This document shows positions 1 through 7,653 of a stretch of 60,320 nt of DNA, piece after piece; the first letter of the stretch is position 1; each line of letters begins with the position of its first letter. The position numbers and the translations under genes were made by a program. This stretch comes from an uncultured bacterium (lineage in GTDB: Bacteria; Krumholzibacteriota; Krumholzibacteriia; WVZY01; JAKEHA01): the NCBI GenBank assembly GCA_964621155.1, contig CAZULB010000002.1, forward strand, positions 1 to 60,320, given 5' to 3'. Below the pieces are notes generated by a model. That model ran no database searches, was not told where the DNA came from, and worked only from the letters and a program-made list of their open reading frames with translations.

Positions 1-1
1 G

Positions 2-2047
2 CGCACCTACCGCGTGACCGACGACTGCGGCAACACGACCGATCGCATCCAGCAGATCACCATCAAGGACACCACCAACCCGAGCATCTCGGGTCCGGCG
101 GACGTCACGGTGTCATGCAATGGTCAGATTCCGGTGGCCAACAAGAGCCTGATCACCGCCAATGACAACTGCAGTACGCCCGTGGTTTCCATCGTGGGCG
201 ATGTATCCGACGGCCGGTCGTGCCCGCAGGTTATCCTGCGCACCTATCGTGCAACGGATGCGTGCGGCAACTTCTCCGACTGGGTCCAGAAGATCACGGT
301 CGATGACAGGACTGCGCCCACTGCGAGCCCCATGGCCGACATCACCGTGTCATGCGTGGCCGACGTGCCGTCGCCCGACCCGGGCAGTGTACAGGCGAGC
401 GACAACGGTTGCGGTCAGGTCTCCGTTTCCTTCCTCGGTGACCAGAACCTCGGCAACGGCTGCGGCAGCAAGATCCTGCGTACGTATCGCGTCGTCGACC
501 AGTGCGGCAACGCCATCACGATCCAGCAGAAGATCTGGGTCAACGACAAGATTGCGCCCGTGGTCACGCAGCAGCCGGGCCCCATCACGGTGGAATGCCT
601 GGGCGACGTGCCGGCGGCCGATATCAGCGCCGTCAGGGCGACCGACAATTGCGGCGCGGTGCGCGTCGAGTTCATGGGTGACATGAACGACGGCAACAGC
701 TGCCCGACCAAGATTACGCGCAAGTACCGTGTCCTCGATGCGTGCGGCAACTATGCCAGTGTGACGCAGCTCATCACCGTGGACGACAATACCGCACCCA
801 GGCTCTCGAACTGTGGATCCAACCAGACACTCGAGTGCCCGTCGCAGATTTTGTTCACGACGCCGACGGCGACCGACAACTGCGATCAGAACCCGACGGT
901 GAAGGTCGTCAATGAGAAGGTCACCTACGGTCCGGCGGACTGGACGTACAGCATCGCGAAAACGTTCCAGGCCTTCGACCAGTGCGGCAATGCCTCGCAG
1001 CAGTGCGAGCAGAAGCTCACCATTCACTGCGAAGCGGACCATCTGTGCTCGCTCACGCAGGGTGCGTACGGTTCGTACGGCGGCTACTTCAACGGCATGT
1101 CCACGATCCAGCTCGTGCGGAGCCTGCTCAAGGATAACCCGATGATCGTCGGTAACCTTGGGTTCCGCTCCGTGTACATGGACATCAACGATGCGGACTG
1201 CATCATCCTGCGTCTGCCCGGCAATACGACGCCGGCCGCACTGCCCGCGTTCGGCGACAAGGAGCTCAACGAGAGCACCTGTCAGGTGCCCGGTCAGATT
1301 CCCATTCCGCTCAACAGCGGCAAGTTTGAAAGCGTGCTGCTCGGTCAGACCATCACGCTCATCTTCAACTCGCGCATCAGCCCGGCCATGCCGCTCTTCC
1401 CGCTGACCAACAAGTTCTGCACGCAGGCAGCACTGCCGGGCAAGGACGGCTTGTACGGAACCGACGACGATGTGCTCGACGTCAATGATCCGGTACAGAC
1501 GTTCACGATCAAACTGGAAGTGCTCTCAGCACTCGACAAGCTGGGTTACCCGCGCAACGTGTACGGATTGATCCAGCTGTGCAACCGCGCTCTCGCGGGT
1601 CGTTACACCATGGGCGCATCGCTCTCTGCGATCAACGACGCGGCGACTGCGATCAACGAGGGCTTCGAGCGCTGCCGCTTCATCGTGGATTGCCCGGGTG
1701 GCGCGACCATGGCTGGTGTTCAGACCAAGAACGACAACCCCAGCGCCAGCACATTCTCGAACGCCCCGACGAAGTTCGAGCTCAAGCAGAACGCGCCCAA
1801 TCCGTTCAACCCTGTGACGACGATTCGTCTCGCCGTGCCCCAGGCCACGCCGTGGACAGTGACTGTCTACGATGTGCAGGGCAAGCTGGTGAAGACCTTC
1901 AAGGGCCAGACATCCGGCGCGGCCTACGTGGACGTTCAGTGGAACGGCACTGACGAACACGGGTCCCCGGTCGCGTCGGGTGTTTATCTCTATCGCGTTC
2001 GCGCCGACAGCTACGTCGACGTGAAGAAGATGGTGTTGCTGAAGTAG
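2..2047 (+). CDS. Secreted HYR-like repeat adhesin with T9SS-type C-terminal sorting domain (5' end cut by window edge)
   Basis: The frame is open from nt 2 (RTYRVTDDCGN matches the downstream repeat). It has about 85-aa repeats of the form D.TAP...V.C..D.P......A.DNCG.V.V.F.GD....C....RTYR..D.CGN....Q.I.V.D. The C-terminus is NAPNPFNP..VYDVQGKLV..GVYLYRV..KKMVLLK. Confidence 0.8.
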   Translation, partial: RTYRVTDDCGNTTDRIQQITIKDTTNPSISGPADVTVSCNGQIPVANKSLITANDNCSTPVVSIVGDVSDGRSCPQVILRTYRATDACGNFSDWVQKITVDDRTAPTASPMADITVSCVADVPSPDPGSVQASDNGCGQVSVSFLGDQNLGNGCGSKILRTYRVVDQCGNAITIQQKIWVNDKIAPVVTQQPGPITVECLGDVPAADISAVRATDNCGAVRVEFMGDMNDGNSCPTKITRKYRVLDACGNYASVTQLITVDDNTAPRLSNCGSNQTLECPSQILFTTPTATDNCDQNPTVKVVNEKVTYGPADWTYSIAKTFQAFDQCGNASQQCEQKLTIHCEADHLCSLTQGAYGSYGGYFNGMSTIQLVRSLLKDNPMIVGNLGFRSVYMDINDADCIILRLPGNTTPAALPAFGDKELNESTCQVPGQIPIPLNSGKFESVLLGQTITLIFNSRISPAMPLFPLTNKFCTQAALPGKDGLYGTDDDVLDVNDPVQTFTIKLEVLSALDKLGYPRNVYGLIQLCNRALAGRYTMGASLSAINDAATAINEGFERCRFIVDCPGGATMAGVQTKNDNPSASTFSNAPTKFELKQNAPNPFNPVTTIRLAVPQATPWTVTVYDVQGKLVKTFKGQTSGAAYVDVQWNGTDEHGSPVASGVYLYRVRADSYVDVKKMVLLK

Positions 2048-2103
2048 GCGGGAGCGGACGCAACCGCGGTGCATGCCGGCCGCGGGCCGAGTTAGCGGGG
2101 CAA

Positions 2104-2141
2104 CCGGCGGACTGGAGATGGTGTTATCTCCGGTCCGCCGG
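2104..2141 (+). terminator. 16-bp perfect GC-rich hairpin downstream of adhesin gene (terminator-like, no U tract)
   Basis: CCGGCGGACTGGAGAT-ggtgtt-ATCTCCGGTCCGCCGG gives 15 Watson-Crick pairs plus 1 G-U pair. It lies 57 nt after the stop codon. Confidence 0.45.
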
Positions 2142-2189
2142 CAGAGAAGGGGGAAGTTGCAATAAACCGTTTTCCCCCGCTATAGTGAA

Positions 2190-2221
2190 CATGACTCCTC
2201 CCTTAACCGGGGGGAGTCATG
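2190..2221 (+). promoter_or_regulatory. 13-bp hairpin sequestering the SD and ATG of the nuclease gene
   Basis: CATGACTCCTCCC-ttaacc-GGGGGGAGTCATG. The 3' arm contains the only purine-rich SD (GGGGGGAG) and the ATG at 2219. Confidence 0.35.
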
Positions 2222-4192
2222 TTTTTTTCCGCCTTCGTTTCTGCCGTTTCGTCTCTATTCGTGGCCGCGGCGCCTCACGTCTCCATCATGGAGATACAGG
2301 GCCTGTCCCACATTTCTCCATATTCTTCGGATTCGGTCTCCACATCGGGAGTCGTCACGACCGTCACGCGCGACGGGTTCTTTGTGCAGGACCCGTTCGG
2401 AAATGCCGACGACGCGACCTCCGACGCGGTGTTCGTCTACACCGGTGTCGCCCCCTCGGTGCTGGCGGGCGACGATGCAGGCGTGGAAGGCGTCGTGCAC
2501 GAGTACCTGCCGGGCAACGACGCCTCGAACTTGACGGTCACCGAGTTCGATCATCCCCGGGTTTTCGTGACTGCACACGGGCGGCCGTTGCCTGCTCCAA
2601 TCCGCTTGTCGCCGGACGGACGTCGCGCACCGTCGGATCTTCATGACGCCGTCGACTTCTACGAGGGACTGGAAGGCATGCGCGTTACGCTGGTGGCGCC
2701 GCGCGTCGTGCAGCAGACCAATGTGTTCGGCGAAGTGTGGGTGGTGCCGGGCGGGTTGGAGACCTCGCCGCGCGGCGCGCTCGCGGCGGCGCCGAATGTC
2801 TTTCATCCGGAGCGTGTGCAACTGGACGATGCACGGCTTGCGACCGCGATGCCGGACTTCGCAGTGGGTGATGTGCTCGCCGATGTGACGGGCGTGGTCA
2901 CGTACAGTTTCGGCAACTATGAGGTGCTGGTCGACTCCCCGCCGGTCAAACGTTCCGGCGCCCTGTCGCGCGAGGTGACCACGCTCGCGGCCGCGTCCGG
3001 TCGCGTGCGCATTGCGTCCTTCAATCTCTACAACCTGACGCGCATCGAGACCGCTCGCATGGATGAGATTGCGCGCGTCATCGTATCGCACCTGGGGTCT
3101 CCCGACATTATCGCCGTGGAGGAGATTCAGGACGATAGTGGCTCACTTGATGACGGCACCGTCGAGGCGAGCCTCACCCTCACTGCACTCACCGCCGCCA
3201 TCCGCCACGCCGACGGGCCTGCTTACGACTTTCGCGAGGTGCTCCCCGTCAACCATCAGGACGGGGGCGAACCCGGCGGAAATATCCGGGTGGCCTTTCT
3301 GTTCGATCCGGCGCGGGTCAACTTCGTGGATCGCGGCGATTCGTTCGGCAGCGCGGAAACACGGGTTGTCGGCGTCGACGGGCGCCCTCGCCTTACGCGC
3401 AGTCCCGGGCGCATCGATCCTACCAACGACGCCTGGGAGCAGTCGCGCAAACCGCTGGTGGGAGAGTTTCGCATCGGTGCGCAAACTCTGTTCGTGATCG
3501 CGTGTCATTTCGTGTCGCAAACCGGGTCGACGTCGCTGTTCGGCGCGATACAACCGCCCTTCGATCCCGGTGCCGCGCAGCGCCTCGCCCAGGCACAGCG
3601 TGTCGCGCGTTTCGTACTCGACATCTACGCCATTGATTCCGGCGCGCGCGTGGTGGTGCTTGGTGATCTCAACGACGATTGGTTCTCCCCGATCATGGGA
3701 GCGCTGGAACAGGCGCCTCTCACCGGCCTCTGGCGCACTATAAATGAGCAAGATCGCTACTCACTCCTCTTTGATGGCCTGGCACAGGAGTTCGACCACA
3801 TCCTCGTGAGTCCGGTTCTCGCGCCCGGCGCCCGGTTTGACATCGTTCACGTCGCGGCCGAGTTTGCCAATGGCGTGAGTGATCATGATCCGGTGATAGC
3901 GTCAATCCGCGTCAGCGAACCCGACGCCCAACGCGGAGAACCGACGCCGACCATCTCCCCGCCGGCCCCCAACCCCTTCAACGCGACAGTCGAGTTGCGA
4001 GTCACCGGAGCGTCACACGCCCACATTTTCGATGTCGCAGGACGGAGAGTCAGGACCGTAGCGGTCCTGGACGGGGCAGTCACATGGAATGGAAAAGACG
4101 ACGCCGGCCGCAACGTGCCGGCCGGCGTCTATTTCGTCCGCGTGTCGGATGGGGTTTCGACTCGCGCACGCAAAGTCGTATTGATGCGCTAG
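2219..4192 (+). CDS. Secreted endonuclease/exonuclease/phosphatase (EEP) family nuclease with T9SS-type C-terminal domain
   Basis: It has a signal peptide (MFFSAFVSAVSSLFVAAAP) and EEP motifs IASFNLYNL, IIAVEEIQDDSG, VVLGDLND and SDHDPVIASI. The C-terminus is PAPNPFNA..FDVAGRRV..GVYFVRV..KVVLMR. Confidence 0.8.
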   Translation: MFFSAFVSAVSSLFVAAAPHVSIMEIQGLSHISPYSSDSVSTSGVVTTVTRDGFFVQDPFGNADDATSDAVFVYTGVAPSVLAGDDAGVEGVVHEYLPGNDASNLTVTEFDHPRVFVTAHGRPLPAPIRLSPDGRRAPSDLHDAVDFYEGLEGMRVTLVAPRVVQQTNVFGEVWVVPGGLETSPRGALAAAPNVFHPERVQLDDARLATAMPDFAVGDVLADVTGVVTYSFGNYEVLVDSPPVKRSGALSREVTTLAAASGRVRIASFNLYNLTRIETARMDEIARVIVSHLGSPDIIAVEEIQDDSGSLDDGTVEASLTLTALTAAIRHADGPAYDFREVLPVNHQDGGEPGGNIRVAFLFDPARVNFVDRGDSFGSAETRVVGVDGRPRLTRSPGRIDPTNDAWEQSRKPLVGEFRIGAQTLFVIACHFVSQTGSTSLFGAIQPPFDPGAAQRLAQAQRVARFVLDIYAIDSGARVVVLGDLNDDWFSPIMGALEQAPLTGLWRTINEQDRYSLLFDGLAQEFDHILVSPVLAPGARFDIVHVAAEFANGVSDHDPVIASIRVSEPDAQRGEPTPTISPPAPNPFNATVELRVTGASHAHIFDVAGRRVRTVAVLDGAVTWNGKDDAGRNVPAGVYFVRVSDGVSTRARKVVLMR

Positions 4193-4560
4193 GCTTTCAC
4201 CAGGTCCGGGTAGTAGAGAAAGTCGAGACAGCGCTGCGCTTCGTCGCGCCAGTCCTTGAGGCTGCAGCCCGGCGCTTTGTCGTAGCTCTTGTGCGGCTCG
4301 TGGGTGCGCGCGTTGACGACGATGGCGTTGAGCGGCGGCCAATCGTTCGATGCGCAGAACTCTGCGATCTCCCACAGGCAACCGTTGACGGCCTCGAGCA
4401 GAAACGGGAGTCCGGCTTCGTCGCAGAGGTCGTGATACGTGATCAGACAATCCTGAAACGGCAGCTTTTTCGCGGCCGCCGCCATGGCGCGCTGATGATT
4501 CAGCAGCACCTGGCACAGCGCCGCCGCTTCCGGGCTCAGAGTCTCCCCGCCGTACTTCAT
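4189..4560 (-). CDS. Hypothetical 123-aa Cys-rich cytoplasmic protein, co-oriented 12 nt downstream of pilT
   Basis: This is a clean ORF with balanced composition and 7 Cys, and I recognise no domain. The segment ITYHDLCDEAGLP..LWEIAEFCASNDWPPLNAIVVN has the pattern of a winged-helix-like module (memory only). Its stop overlaps the stop of the convergent nuclease gene (CTAG, 4189-4192). Confidence 0.6.
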   Translation of the reverse strand: MKYGGETLSPEAAALCQVLLNHQRAMAAAAKKLPFQDCLITYHDLCDEAGLPFLLEAVNGCLWEIAEFCASNDWPPLNAIVVNARTHEPHKSYDKAPGCSLKDWRDEAQRCLDFLYYPDLVKA

Positions 4561-4572
4561 TCGCGAATCTTG

Positions 4573-5655
4573 CTAGCGCGCGCCCGCCGGCTGCGGCGCG
4601 GGCGCAACACCCGGCTGCCTGATCATGTCCGGATTGTTGGCCTTGGCGATGGCGTCTTCGGGACGGATCAGTTTCTGGGCGACCAGCTCGTTCATGTGAT
4701 CCTCGAGCATCTGCATCCCGAACTTCTTTCCGGTCTGCATCGCACCCGGAATCTGCGCCATCTTGTTCTCACGGATCATGGCGCGTACGGCATCCGTCGC
4801 GACCAGAATCTCGAGCGCGGCAATACGTCCGCCGCCCACCTTGGGAAGAAGCGTCTGCGAGATGATTCCCTGCAGTGTGCCCGCGAGCTGCATGCGGACC
4901 AGAGTCTGCTCGTCCGACGGGAACACGCCGACGATACGATCCACCGACTTCGCGGCACTCGTCGTGTGCAAAGTGCCGAACACGAGGTGTCCGGTTTCTG
5001 CCGCCGTCACCGCGAGCGAAATGGATTCGAGGTCGCGCATTTCACCCACGAGGATCACATCGGGGTCCTGGCGCAGCGCGCGCTTCAGTGCCGAGCTGAA
5101 ATCCTGGGTGTCGTTGCCGATTTCGCGCTGATTCACGTAGCAGCGCTTGTCCTTGTGCAGGAACTCGATGGGATCTTCCATCGTCAGAATGTGGCCGTGC
5201 TCCATGGAATTGATGAGGTCGATCATGGCGGCCAACGTCGTCGACTTGCCGCTTCCGGTGGGGCCCGTGACCAGGACGAGGCCGCGCGGCTTCATGGCGA
5301 GCTGCTCGCACACCTTGGGAAGGCCGAGCTGCGCAAAGGTCGGAATCACCATGGGAATCGCGCGCATTACGATCGAGATCGCCCCGCGCTGCCGCATCAC
5401 GTTGACGCGAAAACGCGCGACACCCGGCACCGAGTACGACGTGTCGAGGTCGCCGCAATAGTCGAACTTCTGCCACTTCTCCGGATCGAGGAGCTGCTTG
5501 GCGATGGTCTCGGTCTCGGTGGCGGAGAGCGGTGTCTCGCCGATCTGCGTGATCTTGCCGCTGATGCGAATGCCGGGAGGCATGCCCACCTTGAGGTGTG
5601 CGTCGCTGCCGCCCTTCTGGATCATCATGGTGAGGAATTCGTTGATTTGCTGCAT
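4573..5655 (-). CDS. pilT: Type IV pilus retraction ATPase PilT
   Basis: It has Walker A GPTGSGKST, Walker B ILVGEMRD and the PilT signature AVRAMIRENK (AIRNLIRE-like). The length of 360 aa is typical for PilT. Confidence 0.9.
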   Translation of the reverse strand: MQQINEFLTMMIQKGGSDAHLKVGMPPGIRISGKITQIGETPLSATETETIAKQLLDPEKWQKFDYCGDLDTSYSVPGVARFRVNVMRQRGAISIVMRAIPMVIPTFAQLGLPKVCEQLAMKPRGLVLVTGPTGSGKSTTLAAMIDLINSMEHGHILTMEDPIEFLHKDKRCYVNQREIGNDTQDFSSALKRALRQDPDVILVGEMRDLESISLAVTAAETGHLVFGTLHTTSAAKSVDRIVGVFPSDEQTLVRMQLAGTLQGIISQTLLPKVGGGRIAALEILVATDAVRAMIRENKMAQIPGAMQTGKKFGMQMLEDHMNELVAQKLIRPEDAIAKANNPDMIRQPGVAPAPQPAGAR

Positions 5656-5807
5656 TCGCCTTGCTCCGTGGTAGCAGTGATTTCAGGCACTTTGGAAGTC
5701 GTGGAAACGAAGACACAGGGCAACCCGCGTGCCACGGGTGCGAAAGCGGCAAGACTTACCCACCCCGAGAGTGGCACTTCCACGGCCCCGGCGTGTATAA
5801 TTCGTTC

Positions 5808-6473
5808 ATGAGCAACTCTTTTTGCATAACCCTCGTCCTCGTGGGCCTCTTGGCCGTTGCAAAACCCGCACGCGCCGACCACACGCAGATATTCTCGATC
5901 CAGGGCGCCGAGTGCGCCAACGTGCAGACCGAGATGGGTCCGTACTTCAAGAAGGCCGGCATCAAGAAATGGTCATACGACAAGGACAAGTTCGAGTTCA
6001 CCATCACCGCTCCCGACAAAGTCACTGACGACGACGTCGTGAAGCTGTTCGAGGAGCAGGGCTGCTTCCGCGCCATTCCCGGCGCCGGTCACGGTGCCCT
6101 CTCATCCGCGTACAAGCCTGAGCCGTATCCGGAAGGCTCCGACATGAAAATTGTGTCGGCGAATGGAGAAGCCGTCGGTGATCTCAAGAAGCTTCGGGTG
6201 GAAGGCAAGTACACCGTGCTCGATTTCTACGCCGATTGGTGCGGACCGTGCCGTCTCGTCGATGCCCAGCTGCGCGAGATTGCCGGCAAGCGCGACGACG
6301 TGGCCGTGCGCAAACTCAACATCGTCGGTTTCGAGTCAGAACTTGCGAAGGAGCTCGGGCGCAAGTTGAAAGCACTCCCCTACGTCGTTATCTACGATCC
6401 CGACGGCAAGAAGACAGAGATCACCGGTAACAGTCCCGACAAGATTGCCGAAGCGCTCGGCACCAAAGAATGA
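5808..6473 (+). CDS. Secreted thioredoxin-domain protein (WCGPC) with N-terminal ferredoxin-like domain
   Basis: The start was chosen at ATG 5808, which gives the signal peptide MSNSFCITLVLVGLLAVAKPARA. The thioredoxin motif is DFYADWCGPCR. The longer ORF from 5661 has no signal logic. Confidence 0.8.
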   Translation: MSNSFCITLVLVGLLAVAKPARADHTQIFSIQGAECANVQTEMGPYFKKAGIKKWSYDKDKFEFTITAPDKVTDDDVVKLFEEQGCFRAIPGAGHGALSSAYKPEPYPEGSDMKIVSANGEAVGDLKKLRVEGKYTVLDFYADWCGPCRLVDAQLREIAGKRDDVAVRKLNIVGFESELAKELGRKLKALPYVVIYDPDGKKTEITGNSPDKIAEALGTKE

Positions 6474-7447
6474 TGCGGCGCGCCGCGGCGCTCGCGGTGA
6501 TCGGCGCTCTCGCGCTCGCCTTCTCTCCCGGTACCGGCTGGACTTGAGCGGGCTGAAGCAATCCCAACCTGCCGGTCGGCGGGTTCTCACTGATTCCGCC
6601 GGATCCGGGAACGTGGTCGTTCGCGACATCGCTCGTCGCGGCCAAATTCAATATCGAGCACATCGCCGACGACGAGCCCGAGAATCCAACCCCGTACTGG
6701 CACCTGCAGACGTTGCTCGTAACGGAACTCGATGTTTCGATCAGCCGTGGTGTGGGCACGGGCCTCGCGCTGCAGCTGAATGTGCCGTTGCGCGCCGTGC
6801 GCAGTCGCGTTCACTACGAGACGCTCGACCGCGAGCCGTTCACACCCAACGAGCCCGACAACCATCATCGCAACGAAACCCTGTACGGAATCGCGGATCC
6901 GGCGGCAGCCGTTCACTACGGATGGAAAGGCGCCACGTGGATATTCTCCACACGCGTCGGGGTTTCGATTCCACTCGGAAAGACCGAACCCAATCCCTTC
7001 GAGCTCGGCCGCCAGGGACTTCAGCATCAGCACATTCAATTTGGAAGCGGGACGTTCTATCCCGTGCTGGGCATGGGGGTAGGGCGATCGATCGGCGCAT
7101 ATGACCTGCATTTGACCGGTGTCGCGCGCCTGCCGCTCTATGACAATGAGCACGGCTACAGGCCCGGCGCACGCTACGGCGCGCTCCTCGGCGCGGGGCG
7201 CAAGTTCGCCACACGCTGGACCGCAAGCACTGATTTCGCATTCCAACACGAGGAAGCCGAGACGTGGAACGGTGTCGTGGAAGAAGAAGGCAACCTCGGC
7301 CGCGACGATCTCCTCCTGTCACTCGGTCTCGGCTACGATACCGACGCGGGCATCGTGAGCTTTAACATACAGTTCCCGCTGGTCAGCGAAAGTGCCGGCG
7401 ACCAGGTGGAGATTCCGCTCGTCATGGCGCTGGTGTGGGAGTACTAG
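6473..7447 (+). CDS. Outer-membrane beta-barrel-like protein interrupted by two in-frame TGA codons (candidate UxxU selenoprotein; otherwise a pseudogene)
   Basis: The ATG at 6473 overlaps the thioredoxin stop (tgATG). The signal peptide MRRAAALAVIGALALAFSPGTGWT is followed by TGA(6545) GCG GGC TGA(6554). The same frame then stays open and protein-like to 7447. The C-terminus LVMALVWEY resembles an OMP beta-signal. There is no ATG/GTG/TTG between 6557 and the TTG at 6713. Confidence 0.45.
6566..6585 (+). promoter_or_regulatory. SECIS-like hairpin (8-bp stem, GGUC tetraloop)
   Basis: The sequence is AACCUGCC-GGUC-GGCGGGUU. The loop sits at nt 21-24 from the U of the second UGA, compared with a GGUC loop at nt 22-25 in the E. 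coli fdhF SECIS. Confidence 0.4.
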
Positions 7448-7653
7448 ACCCCTTCAAATGACACAGGCGAATATGATATACTTTTGTATACACAACTCCA
7501 TGTTCGCTCCCACGCGATAGCTCCTCACGGCGACGGCCGCCCGTTGCTCCCATCCCATCTTCGCTGCGGGCGTACCTGTCTTTCACCAGCACGACCGCGG
7601 CCGACCCGCTCAGAAAGTCGACTAAAGACCAAGGTAGATCCGATGCATAGCGG

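Noticed and set aside
4084-5811. 575-aa plus-strand ORF covering the pilT locus
   Set aside because: It is antisense to a gene with unambiguous PilT motifs. Its translation is Arg/Ala/Gly/His-rich with no motifs, a typical shadow frame of high-GC DNA.
6545-6556. Genome-wide TGA reassignment (TGA read as Gly or Trp) as explanation for the in-frame TGAs
   Set aside because: Several well-defined genes in the window terminate at TGA exactly where homolog-length proteins should end (for example thioredoxin at 6471 and the lipoprotein at 12053). The high GC content is also unlike known TGA-recoding lineages.
6445-7104. 219-aa ORF in frame 1 across the TGA-interrupted gene
   Set aside because: Its translation is extremely Arg-rich. 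Frame 2 carries the signal peptide, the barrel-like sequence and the C-terminal beta-signal.
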